A DNA stretch of 62,634 bases, taken from NCBI GenBank assembly GCA_050331235.1, contig JBHJHA010000016.1, positions 1-62,634 on the forward strand, read 5' to 3'. Positions 53,705 through 62,634 of the stretch are shown one piece after another. Position 1 is the stretch's first letter. The number at the start of each line of letters is the position of its first letter. The notes beneath the pieces were generated by a model. It was given only the letters and a program-made list of their open reading frames with translations, ran no database searches and was not told the origin of the DNA. The translations under genes were made by a program, and so were the position numbers. Origin of the DNA: Leptolyngbyaceae cyanobacterium. Its GTDB lineage: Bacteria > Cyanobacteriota > Cyanobacteriia > Phormidesmidales > Phormidesmidaceae.

Positions 53705-53980
53705 CGGCTCCTAGCACTTAATCTCTATTGCCAATCATCTTTCCCCGGGGACAGGCACTTACCCCTGGGGAAAAGTTCCGAGCGATGGCAGCGGGCAAAT
53801 TGCGGCCATCCAACTTGCCCCTTCGGCCTTAACCCCCTGCCTCTAACAGGCTGTGCTGGATCAGGTCGTTTTAGCGCTCCGCTGATGCGTTCTATCGAGA
53901 TTGATCGCGATTTGAAGCAGCAGATTCAGTCGCAACCCACGATCGCTCACCGGCCTTTCCTTGTCTTGACGCCGCCTTAC

Positions 53981-54280
53981 TCATGGTAGTGATGGCTTAC
54001 CGATATCCTTAAAAAAAAGCTTGCGTCCCCTCAGATCAGCAGTTGTTTTAATCTCATCGGGAGTGTGAAAAGTAAAACGGCGGCTTTTACTATGGACTTG
54101 CCATTGTTGCTGAATGGCAGTATCCGGAAAGTTGCCTAGCTCTAGCTGTTCTAACATTTTGGGCCAGCGAGTTTTGAGGTGTTTTACTTCCCCCACATAG
54201 AGCCGGATATCGCCAAAGTTGGCAACTGCATAGATTCCGGAAGACATTGCTCCATTCACCATTAAGTTGTCCTTAAGCAT
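53981..54280 (-). CDS. Stand-alone GIY-YIG nuclease-like protein
   Basis: SSGIYAV...LYVGE...LKTRW. Confidence 0.65.
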   Translation of the reverse strand: MLKDNLMVNGAMSSGIYAVANFGDIRLYVGEVKHLKTRWPKMLEQLELGNFPDTAIQQQWQVHSKSRRFTFHTPDEIKTTADLRGRKLFFKDIGKPSLP

Positions 54281-54354
54281 GCCTCAGGTCGGACCATATT
54301 GCCAACTTTTTCTGTCATGACTTTCTAAGGCTTTCTGATATGAGCCAGTAGGCA

Positions 54355-56502
54355 TCATGGCAGCGGCGGCAATGATAACTCCGGTGTGGTCAGCTTGGTC
54401 GCAGACCGGCGCTGGAGCAACGCCGTGGCGATCGCCGTGGCGGCATAGGCGACGATGGCCGATGTCATCGGCATCCAGCCACCGATCATAAAGACACCTA
54501 TTGGGACACCAATCAATACAATACTGCCCAGTCCCAAACCACAACACCAGGTCGAAAGGCGCTGCATTCGGGTTGTCAACATCAGTCCACCAGCCGCCGC
54601 CAGTAATATCCAGGCCAGCTCAATTAGCTCAGGCATTGCCCAATAGAGCGATCGTTCGCCCAGGGCGGTTGAGACAATTTGGCTGGTGGCGTGGGCATGT
54701 AGCATCACCCCTGGCATCAAAAAATCTGCTTCAGCAGTTGCACTGTAAGGAGTCAGAAAAAAGTCTTTCGCCGAGGCGGCGGTCGTCCCAATGATGACAA
54801 TGCGATCGCGAATCAGCTCAGCTTCAAACTGACCGCTCAACACTTCGCCCAAGCTCAGGCTAGGAATGACCCTTTGAGCCCCTCGATACTGCAGCATAAT
54901 TTGATAACCACCATCATCAACCCTGCGATAGCCCCCAAAGTTCGGCCTTAGTGGAACGTAGGTAGTGCCATTTAGATCCAGATAGTCAGGATTAGCATCA
55001 CTTGCCAGGGGCAAAATATTACGCGGTTTAAGATAAGCCAACGCCAACCGTAGCGAGAACGAATACAGCACCGCCGTATCAGAGGGCAGGTCAGTCGAGG
55101 CCAGCAACAAATTACGCCGCACGACACCATCGCTATCCACCGGAAAGTCGTTGAAACCAATCCGCTCAGGGGGAACACCGCGGGGGGCAGGAATCTGCTC
55201 TGAAGGCGTGTTACCCAACTGACGAATAGCGATTACGTTATCCGCCGATAGTTGCTCTAAGAGCTGCATCTGACCGTTCCCCTGAGGAATATCCCGATAC
55301 AGGTCGAGACCAATTACTTGCGGGTCATGGGTTTGCAAGGTCTTAATGAGTTGAGCTAGGGTTGCATCGCCAGGAGTCGTCTGCTGTAGCGCCATGAGAT
55401 CAGCTTCAGTAATTTGTACCACCAGCAGCCGCTTATCTGGCGGTTGCTGGGGCTGGTGCTGCATCCACCGGTCGTATATCCACAGTTCTAGAGGCACCCA
55501 GCCACCCAACTGACGAATCAGGAGAACCACAACCGTGACACACAGGGCCGCCAAGGTAGCTCCCCAAGGCAACCTTCTGGAGACGTCGGTAGGCGTCGTC
55601 GGTGGATGGATTGCTGTTGTCGGAATCGCCGCGGAGGGAGGTACGGTCAGTCGTTCGTACTGCTCTAGCTCAGCCAAAGCTGCCGCCGCAGAGGCATATC
55701 GCTGGTAAAGGGAAGCCCTCGTTAAGCGCTGCAAAAAAACCTTCAACCCTGAACTAATATCGGACACTTCGGGATCCCACAACAACTCCCCAGTGGTGGG
55801 ATTTTCGGGCAGATCAGTGGGCGATCGCCCAGTCAGCCCCCGAATCATAGTCATACCCAGGGCATATAGGTCGCTACTATACCGAGGTCGCCCCGCCATT
55901 TGCTCTGGAGCCGCGTAGCCCTGAGTACCGATACTGACGGTAAACTCTTCACTGCTCTCCGTATAGAGCTCTGTGGCAATCTCTTTAACCGCCCCAAAGT
56001 CAATCAATATGAGCTGCCCATCGGCCGCTCGCCGCATGAGATTACTGGGCTTGATATCCCGGTGAATAACCTGCTGCCCGTGGATAAATCTTAAAACCAA
56101 TAGGATTTCCCGCAACCCGCGTACAGTTTCGGCCTCTGTCAAGGGACCTTGGGTTGCAAACCACTGATCCAGCGGCATCCCGTCAATGAACTCCTGAACG
56201 AGATAAAATTCGCCGTCAACTTCAAAGGCATCGAGCAACGCCGGAATCTGAGGATGAGAGCCCAATCTTCGGAGGGTATCGACCTCAGCTTGAAATAACC
56301 GCCGCGCAGTCTCTAAAAATTGCGGTGATGGATTGGCCGGCGTCAAATGCTTGACCACACAGTAAGACTGAGTCTGTCGCTGATCAACTGCCAGATAGGT
56401 TTGAGCAAAGCCTCCTTTGCCTAAAAGCTTGAGCACTTTGTATCGCCCAACTAACCAGCTATCACTCATCGCAGCCATCGCATCCAGGGGACTCAATTTC
56501 AA
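54355..56502 (-). CDS. Ser/Thr protein kinase - TM - CHASE2 - 3 TM
   Basis: LGKGGF, VVK, HRDIKPSN, DFG, APE; CHASE2 VIGLDLYRD, D.DGVVRR, IVIIG, PGVMLHA; start could be ATG 56478 or 56469. Confidence 0.9.
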   Translation of the reverse strand: MKLSPLDAMAAMSDSWLVGRYKVLKLLGKGGFAQTYLAVDQRQTQSYCVVKHLTPANPSPQFLETARRLFQAEVDTLRRLGSHPQIPALLDAFEVDGEFYLVQEFIDGMPLDQWFATQGPLTEAETVRGLREILLVLRFIHGQQVIHRDIKPSNLMRRAADGQLILIDFGAVKEIATELYTESSEEFTVSIGTQGYAAPEQMAGRPRYSSDLYALGMTMIRGLTGRSPTDLPENPTTGELLWDPEVSDISSGLKVFLQRLTRASLYQRYASAAAALAELEQYERLTVPPSAAIPTTAIHPPTTPTDVSRRLPWGATLAALCVTVVVLLIRQLGGWVPLELWIYDRWMQHQPQQPPDKRLLVVQITEADLMALQQTTPGDATLAQLIKTLQTHDPQVIGLDLYRDIPQGNGQMQLLEQLSADNVIAIRQLGNTPSEQIPAPRGVPPERIGFNDFPVDSDGVVRRNLLLASTDLPSDTAVLYSFSLRLALAYLKPRNILPLASDANPDYLDLNGTTYVPLRPNFGGYRRVDDGGYQIMLQYRGAQRVIPSLSLGEVLSGQFEAELIRDRIVIIGTTAASAKDFFLTPYSATAEADFLMPGVMLHAHATSQIVSTALGERSLYWAMPELIELAWILLAAAGGLMLTTRMQRLSTWCCGLGLGSIVLIGVPIGVFMIGGWMPMTSAIVAYAATAIATALLQRRSATKLTTPELSLPPLP

Positions 56503-56601
56503 GCAGTCCTCATCCTAACCGACGTCGGGGAAGGGCACGATCGCGCCCTTCCGCTAGGCTATCCCTGTGACGCACATGGCTCAGTCGTCCCTCCGGTGAG
56601 T

Positions 56602-56704
56602 GGCTCAGGGGAGCATGCTGCCGGCCATACCTAGCAGCGTCGATAGCTGTGGCGGAATAGCCGCATCGGCTGATGCCAGCAGACTGGTCGGGTTCTCCCC
56701 AGCC
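56602..56704 (+). promoter_or_regulatory. Candidate structured leader RNA, yybP-ykoY-like, upstream of terC
   Basis: CAGGGGAGCA...CGTCGATAG...CAGCAGACTG layout; several helices whose G-U pairs favour the plus strand; not a canonical match. Confidence 0.35.
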
Positions 56705-56841
56705 GCCAGATCGATAGATGTTTTATGCTGATTAAGTGTGTTAATTAAAACTAAAGCCGTTAAGGTGCTCGAGCCTCCAAGCTCCTATCTATCAGGCAGG
56801 ACTTTTGGCCTCACCCTGCCTAAACCTCATCAATTGAAAGA

Positions 56842-57642
56842 ATGCTAGATCGATTACTCGATATTTCCGCTAATTTTGGCGTCGATACGCTGCTGCTCCT
56901 GCCCGTTTTGATAGCGTTGGAGGCCGTGCTATCAGCCGATAATGCGATCGCCCTTGCGGCCATTGCCCAAGGGTTAGAGTCTGAAAAACAACAGCAGCGC
57001 GCCCTCAATGTCGGACTCGTAGCCGCCTTTGTGCTGCGTATGTCACTAATATTGACAGCTTCTTGGGTACTGCAATTTTGGCAATTTGAGGTGGCAGGAG
57101 CCCTATATTTGCTGTGGTTGGTCTATCAGCATTTCACTGCGGCCGAAGATGAGAAAAACCATCACCATGGCCCCCGCTTCCAAAATCTTTGGCAGGCTAT
57201 TCCTATCATTGCGCTGACCGACCTCGCTTTTTCTCTGGACAGCGTAACTACCGCGATTGCGCTCTCTCGAGACATTCTCGTGGTCTTACTGGGAGGCACT
57301 ATTGGCATTATTACGCTGCGCTTTATGGCTCAGCTATTTATCCGCTGGCTCAACGAATACGAATATTTAGAGGATGCCGGATTTATTACGGTTGCATTTG
57401 TAGGCATTCGCCTTTTGCTAAGGGTTGCCAATGACAACTGGGTGCCCCCCGAATGGGTTATGGTCACCCTGATCGCAGTCGTTTTTGCCTGGGGTTTTTC
57501 TAAAAAGACAGGCCAGTTTGAGGAGGTTACCGAGCCGACGGTCCCCTCTGAGCTCACTGCTCACCCGCCCAAGGACCAGTCAGCAGCAGATTTAGAGCAC
57601 TCAAAGGCCGACGTCACCGAGTCCACAGTTGATATTGGATAG
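56842..57642 (+). CDS. TerC family membrane protein (Alx/YkoY-like, putative Mn2+ homeostasis)
   Basis: LEAVLSADNAIAL, DLAFSLDSVTTA; multiple TM segments. Confidence 0.9.
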   Translation: MLDRLLDISANFGVDTLLLLPVLIALEAVLSADNAIALAAIAQGLESEKQQQRALNVGLVAAFVLRMSLILTASWVLQFWQFEVAGALYLLWLVYQHFTAAEDEKNHHHGPRFQNLWQAIPIIALTDLAFSLDSVTTAIALSRDILVVLLGGTIGIITLRFMAQLFIRWLNEYEYLEDAGFITVAFVGIRLLLRVANDNWVPPEWVMVTLIAVVFAWGFSKKTGQFEEVTEPTVPSELTAHPPKDQSAADLEHSKADVTESTVDIG

Positions 57643-58010
57643 TTTTCACCGACAATGGCTCAAGCCTCTGGAAGTCTGACAAAAAGCCTCAAGCTTGCTC
57701 TTGGCGCGAGCGGTCATTTATGAGCACAAATCTTTGTCGTTCGCTTTAAGTAAACTGAGAATTTTTCGCCCTGTGTAAATATTCTCTGGGAATTGTTGAG
57801 TTGAGCAAATCCTTGCAAATATCCTTTCTTGATAGTTTTTTCAGTCTTTGAAGTAGCCTTAAGATTCAAATACGCCTGTTGATGGTTTTGATCGTCGCTG
57901 ATTCCGAACTCTATCGGCTATTTTGCCGGCCTCACCTGAGTTAGTCCCCGAGAAGTAAGCACTCTTATCCCCTAGCGGATGTTCTGTGTGCAATCTGGAG
58001 AGAAGGCATT

Positions 58011-58127
58011 ATGAAACTTACCTGTAAAGAGTCTTACCACCTCGCTAGTGATCCGTTGGCTGGCAAACTGTTTCGGGACTCAACGGTTCTGACATTCAGC
58101 TTTTTAGTGCTCATCTGCCTCCTTTAG
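58011..58127 (+). CDS. Putative small membrane peptide (38 aa), not in ORF track
   Basis: GGAGAGAAGG RBS; MKLTCKESYHLASDPLAGKLFRDSTVLTFSFLVLICLL. Confidence 0.4.
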   Translation: MKLTCKESYHLASDPLAGKLFRDSTVLTFSFLVLICLL

Positions 58128-58464
58128 CAAGCCGACTTAGGGCCGCAGAGGTACCAGAATTCGGCTGCTAGCAACCCAGGAAAAGTTTGAGTCGATAGCA
58201 CAGCTTGAGCAATGAGGCCAGCTCGCCCTTCGGTTGGTGGGCGAGCCACCTCTAAGAATGGCGATCGCTCGGCAAAGCCCGATCGCTGCGAGGGCTGACG
58301 GTCCATCCTTGGCAAGGTAGTTGGTGCTGAAAGCCGCCCCATAAGCCTGACCTATCGTTAGTCAGTACTCTTAAGTTAGATGTTATAGCCGACTCTGCTA
58401 AGCAACAATTTTCTTGAAAGGCTCGGAAATCTGGCACATTAAAAGAACTCCATTCTTTCAACTC

Positions 58465-60213
58465 ATGCTGGATTTTAGAAATACCAACACTTTGTGGGCT
58501 TCGGTGTTGGTAGCAACCCTGGCTCACCTCGGGGTGAAAACGGTCGTCATCTCCCCTGGTTCGCGCTCCACGCCATTGGTCATGGCCTTTGCCAGGCATC
58601 AACAGATTCAAGCAGTCCCGATTTTAGATGAGCGATCAGCCAGTTTCTTGGCGCTGGGGGCGGCCAAAGCCAGCGGTACGCCTACCGTTTTAGTATGCAC
58701 TTCGGGCACGGCTGGAGCCAATTACTTTCCAGCGGTAATCGAAGCCTATGAAAGTGAAATTCCCCTCATCGTTTTGACGGCAGACCGCCCACCCGAACTG
58801 CGAGACTGCACTTCTGGGCAAACGATTGACCAGCAAAAGCTATTTGGTCGCTTTGTCCGCTCTTATCGAGACTTGTCCCTACCGGAAGCCACTCAATCGC
58901 AGTTGCGCTATCTGCGACAGGCGATCGCCCACAGCTGTCGACTGAGTCTTGCTCCCGTGGCTGGCCCCGTCCACATTAACTGCCCCTTTCGCGATCCCCT
59001 CGCGCCGTCTACCACCGAATCCACCCCGACCGCCTCGTTGGTAAACACCATCAGCAAGGACCTTTTTAACCACTTAGCTCCGACGTCTGTTTCGCCAGTG
59101 GCATCGGGAAACGTCTTGCCTAAGCTGTTTGGGCAAACGGCGCGGGGACTGATCATCGTCGGTCCGCACCCCCTCCCCTCGGTCGAGAAGGCTCAATCAT
59201 GGTGTCAAGCGATCGCCACCCTCTCAAGCCGTTTGGGCTGGCCGGTGCTGACCGATGGCCTGTCGCCCCTACGCAACTATGCGGCGCTCAATTCCCAACT
59301 CATCACCACCTATGACTTTCTGCTGCGTCACGGGCACCATGCCCAAGCGCTCTTACCGGAACAGGTGCTCCAAGTGGGTGCCTTACCCACAAGCAAGGTC
59401 TTGCGACAGTGGTTAGCTGAGGCCGACCCGCAACGGTGGATATTGAGCCAGAGCGATCGCAACCTCGATCCCCTCCATGGTCAGTCCACGACACTAGCCC
59501 TGTCCGTGGAACAGCTCACCGCAGCCATGGCTGAGCATCAACCAGCTGCCGGAGAATATGGACAAGCCTGGAAAACTCGGCAGGCCCTCGCCCAGACACG
59601 CCTCAAACAACAATTCGACAGTCTGAATACGCTGTTTGAGGGCAAAGTCAGTTACCAACTGTCTCGATTACTGCCGCCTCAGACCCCCATCATGATTGCC
59701 AACAGCATGCCCGTGCGCGATGTCGAATGGTTTTGGTCGCTCAACGATGCGCACATCCTGCCATTTTGCAGTCGCGGGGCCAATGGCATTGATGGCACCC
59801 TATCCACTGCCCTAGGCATTACCCATGAACACGGAGCAGCGGTTTTACTGACGGGCGATTTGGCTCTGCTACACGACAGCAACGGTCTCTTAAATGCCCA
59901 GCAAAGAGCCAGCCACCTCACCATCTTACTGATCAACAATCAAGGGGGCGGCATTTTTGAAAGCTTACCGATTGCTCAGTTTGAGCCACCCTTTGAGAGG
60001 TTTTTCGCGATGCCCCAGCAAATTGATTTCTCCCGCTTAGCGGCTGCCCATCACCTTGAGTACATCCTAATCACCGACTGGAATTCGTTGGCCGAGCATT
60101 TGAAAGCACTGCCGCTAACCGGAGTCCGCATATTAGAAATCAGGTGCGATCGCGCCTCCGACACCCAATTTCGCATTAACCTGTTAGCCGACATTGGTGA
60201 TTTTTGGCTGTAG
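58465..60213 (+). CDS. menD: SEPHCHC synthase (phylloquinone/menaquinone pathway)
   Basis: SPGSRSTPL, DERSA, CTSGTA, LTADRP, RGANGIDG, GDLALLHD, NNQGGGIF. Confidence 0.96.
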   Translation: MLDFRNTNTLWASVLVATLAHLGVKTVVISPGSRSTPLVMAFARHQQIQAVPILDERSASFLALGAAKASGTPTVLVCTSGTAGANYFPAVIEAYESEIPLIVLTADRPPELRDCTSGQTIDQQKLFGRFVRSYRDLSLPEATQSQLRYLRQAIAHSCRLSLAPVAGPVHINCPFRDPLAPSTTESTPTASLVNTISKDLFNHLAPTSVSPVASGNVLPKLFGQTARGLIIVGPHPLPSVEKAQSWCQAIATLSSRLGWPVLTDGLSPLRNYAALNSQLITTYDFLLRHGHHAQALLPEQVLQVGALPTSKVLRQWLAEADPQRWILSQSDRNLDPLHGQSTTLALSVEQLTAAMAEHQPAAGEYGQAWKTRQALAQTRLKQQFDSLNTLFEGKVSYQLSRLLPPQTPIMIANSMPVRDVEWFWSLNDAHILPFCSRGANGIDGTLSTALGITHEHGAAVLLTGDLALLHDSNGLLNAQQRASHLTILLINNQGGGIFESLPIAQFEPPFERFFAMPQQIDFSRLAAAHHLEYILITDWNSLAEHLKALPLTGVRILEIRCDRASDTQFRINLLADIGDFWL

Positions 60214-60258
60214 CTTATATCTCGGAAGACACAGAGACGACCAACGATTGGGCGATCG

Positions 60259-61569
60259 TTACCGTTCCATGTCTTCAACAGATTTAGGCACTCCGACAGT
60301 CAGCACCTCATTACCCGTATCCGTAACCAAAACATCATCTTCAATGCGAATGCCAATGCCCCGCCAGCGATCCTCTATTTGGGGTTGCCCCTCCGCTGGC
60401 TCGTAGTCGGGAGTGACGTAGATGCCTGGCTCTACCGTGACGACATTGCCCACTTCAAACGGTTTCCAGGTTTTGTCCGGATTGCGCAAAATACCCGTGT
60501 CGTGTACGTCTAATCCCAAGAAGTGGCCTGTACCGTGCATAAAAAAGGCTTTGTGCTTTTTCTCTTCGATCAGCGTGTCAACATCACCAGCGAGTAGGCC
60601 CAGATCTACCAACCCCTCGGTAATTGTCCGCACTGCCGCGTCGTGGAAAGCGTTGAAAGGACGGCCCGGCTGGACTTCGGCGATCGCCTTGAGTTGAGCC
60701 GCTAAGACCAGTTCATAGAGGATACGCTGCTCATCACTGAATTTGCCTCCCACCGGAAAGGTGCGCGTGATATCGGCGTTGTAGTAGTCGAGGCAGCCGC
60801 CGGCATCGATCAGCAGCAAATCCCCCGCCTGCATCTGGCGGTTATTTTCCACGTAATGCAAAATGCAAGCGTTGTCGCCAGAGGCCACGATGGATGGATA
60901 AGCTGGCCCCCCACCTGCCAGCTTAAAGAGATGTTCCATCTCCGCTTGAATTTCGTATTCATAACGACCCGGTTGGGCCATCTCCCGGGCGTGATTGTGG
61001 GCTTTAACCGAAACCGCGATCGCCTTACGAATCAGATCGATTTCTTCCGCTCCTTTTATCCGCCGGTGGGCCTGGAGCAGCAATTTTGCATCGGCAAGGG
61101 CGGTCGGTCCCGTCCCCCGCTTGATGTAGCTGGCCAGCAGTCGCCGCCAATGCTTGAGAATTTTGGTATTAAGCGCTTCGTCATGGCCAAAATGGTAATA
61201 GAGGCGATCGCTCCCCTTGAGATATTCCGGCAGTTTTTCATCAAGCTCTTCTAGCGAAAAAACCTCATCTGCCCCCAGAGCTGCCCTAGCCGCCTCAACC
61301 CCTAGCCGTCGCCCCGACCAAATTTCTTTGTCTCTATCCTTGGGTCGTACAAATAGGACAAATTGATGCTCCTCATGATGAGGGGCAAACACCGCCACCG
61401 TACCCGGTTCGTCGAACCCGGTGAGGTAATAAAAGTCACTATCTTGCCGGAAATTATATTCCACGTCATTGTGCATCACTGCGAGGGGAGCACTGGCGAA
61501 AACGGCAGATCCCTGACCCATCGCGGATAAGAGAGCTTGACGACGCTGGCGATAGACGGATTGCATCAT
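60259..61569 (-). CDS. pepP: Xaa-Pro aminopeptidase
   Basis: FRQDSDFYYLTG, DITRT, HGTGHFLGLDVHD, EPG, IRIEDD. Confidence 0.93.
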   Translation of the reverse strand: MMQSVYRQRRQALLSAMGQGSAVFASAPLAVMHNDVEYNFRQDSDFYYLTGFDEPGTVAVFAPHHEEHQFVLFVRPKDRDKEIWSGRRLGVEAARAALGADEVFSLEELDEKLPEYLKGSDRLYYHFGHDEALNTKILKHWRRLLASYIKRGTGPTALADAKLLLQAHRRIKGAEEIDLIRKAIAVSVKAHNHAREMAQPGRYEYEIQAEMEHLFKLAGGGPAYPSIVASGDNACILHYVENNRQMQAGDLLLIDAGGCLDYYNADITRTFPVGGKFSDEQRILYELVLAAQLKAIAEVQPGRPFNAFHDAAVRTITEGLVDLGLLAGDVDTLIEEKKHKAFFMHGTGHFLGLDVHDTGILRNPDKTWKPFEVGNVVTVEPGIYVTPDYEPAEGQPQIEDRWRGIGIRIEDDVLVTDTGNEVLTVGVPKSVEDMER

Positions 61570-61764
61570 TGACTGCGAAAAATTGAGGTTATATTCTTAA
61601 CTGTGGCAGACCTAGAGGGCAGTCTCATTCCCACAACGGGGAAACACCTTGAATGGTTGAATTTTACAAAGAACTCAGCCATGTCTTTCCGGCTTATTCA
61701 AGATAGCGTCCACGGCTTATTGGTAGAGTGCTGACTTTAACGAAACCGTGAGCTAGTAGCTGGA

Positions 61765-62541
61765 CTAAAAGGGGTAGGTCATGAGCTGCACAATCATGCC
61801 ATCGCCCCCGGGCAAACTCGCCTCAGTTACCGTAATCGTATTGCCATCGGCCTGCCGTGTTGGAGTCGAGCGCATCAAATCAAGGAAAGGCTGTAGACCT
61901 TCAATATCACAGACTTCACCAGCCGCTTCGGTACGATAATGCGTTGGAATAATAATTCTAGGATTCAAAGCCCGGACCGCGGCGATCGCTTCTTCCGCGT
62001 CATAAGCTTTGGGACCACCGCCAACGGGCACCAGCAAAATGTCCGGTCGCCCTAGCTGAATCTGCTCCTCAACGGAGATAGGTGCTGCGGCTCCGCCCAT
62101 ATGAACAATAGTGAGACCGCCCTGTTCCCAGCGCCAAATCAAATTTTTGCCAAACCGTCGTCCCCCCAAGCGATCGTGATCAACCTCTACGGACCGCATG
62201 CGGATGGGGGCCAACTCGTACTCACCCTGTTCGGTCAAAATAGGGGGATTGCCCGGCAAACCCTCTAGCGTCCCCCCTTCATCAAACAATCGGCTACTAA
62301 TCAACACAACATCAGCCGCAACTGTTGGCGATGCATAGCCGGCCGTACAGCCCAAGTTACGAAACGGATTGACCAAAATGCGGCGGCCGTCGCCCTCAAA
62401 CAAAAAGCTCGTATGCCCCAGCCACTGCACTTTTACGCCAGAAGTTTGAGCTTCGGCGCCCTGCCAAGTCGCCACTACTCCCAAACCCAGGGCAGTGATA
62501 AAGCCCGCTCCCAGTTGTTGTACAAACTGTCGTCGCTGCAT
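61765..62541 (-). CDS. Tat-exported MBL-fold hydrolase-like protein
   Basis: MQRRQFV twin-arginine signal; WLGHTSFL, PVGG, IIIPTHY; metal motif degenerate (SSRLFDEG). Confidence 0.8.
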   Translation of the reverse strand: MQRRQFVQQLGAGFITALGLGVVATWQGAEAQTSGVKVQWLGHTSFLFEGDGRRILVNPFRNLGCTAGYASPTVAADVVLISSRLFDEGGTLEGLPGNPPILTEQGEYELAPIRMRSVEVDHDRLGGRRFGKNLIWRWEQGGLTIVHMGGAAAPISVEEQIQLGRPDILLVPVGGGPKAYDAEEAIAAVRALNPRIIIPTHYRTEAAGEVCDIEGLQPFLDLMRSTPTRQADGNTITVTEASLPGGDGMIVQLMTYPF

Positions 62542-62634
62542 CGTTGCTTCACACTCTCCGTTCACAATAAACGCCGATCATTCTGAGTCAGGCGTCATTA
62601 TCCTATCGTCTCGCGCGATCTTCGTGGGCGCGAT

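Noticed and set aside
45971..57642. TerB-like plus TerC as a ter operon
   Set aside because: About 10 kb apart, separated by housekeeping genes; no terD/terZ.

Overview
Chromosomal core-genome segment of a cyanobacterium. It carries dense HIP1 GCGATCGC octamers, psbO, a CAB-domain ferrochelatase and gifA; the protein style suggests a Leptolyngbya/Nodosilinea-like filamentous lineage (inference). About 45 CDS are mostly housekeeping (dnaE, hslO, murQ, tamB, lepB, thiC, hemH, pdxA, carA, trpB, psbO, menD, pepP), alongside RNase P RNA, a TPP riboswitch and a perfect NtcA site upstream of gifA. I saw no IS, prophage, CRISPR, rRNA or tRNA. Most notable: (1) a two-gene operon of AAA_35/STAND-like NTPases, one fused to a diguanylate cyclase and the other to a TM helix plus 14 WD40 repeats, a candidate NLR-like receptor producing c-di-GMP; (2) a CyaB-type tandem-GAF diguanylate cyclase; (3) a divergent yybP-ykoY-like structured RNA upstream of terC; (4) an unsplit, intein-free dnaE with a 1-nt frameshift that is probably a sequencing error; (5) an unusually long thiC leader; (6) several small ORFs below the ORF-track cutoff. 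All family assignments come from motif recognition, not database searches.
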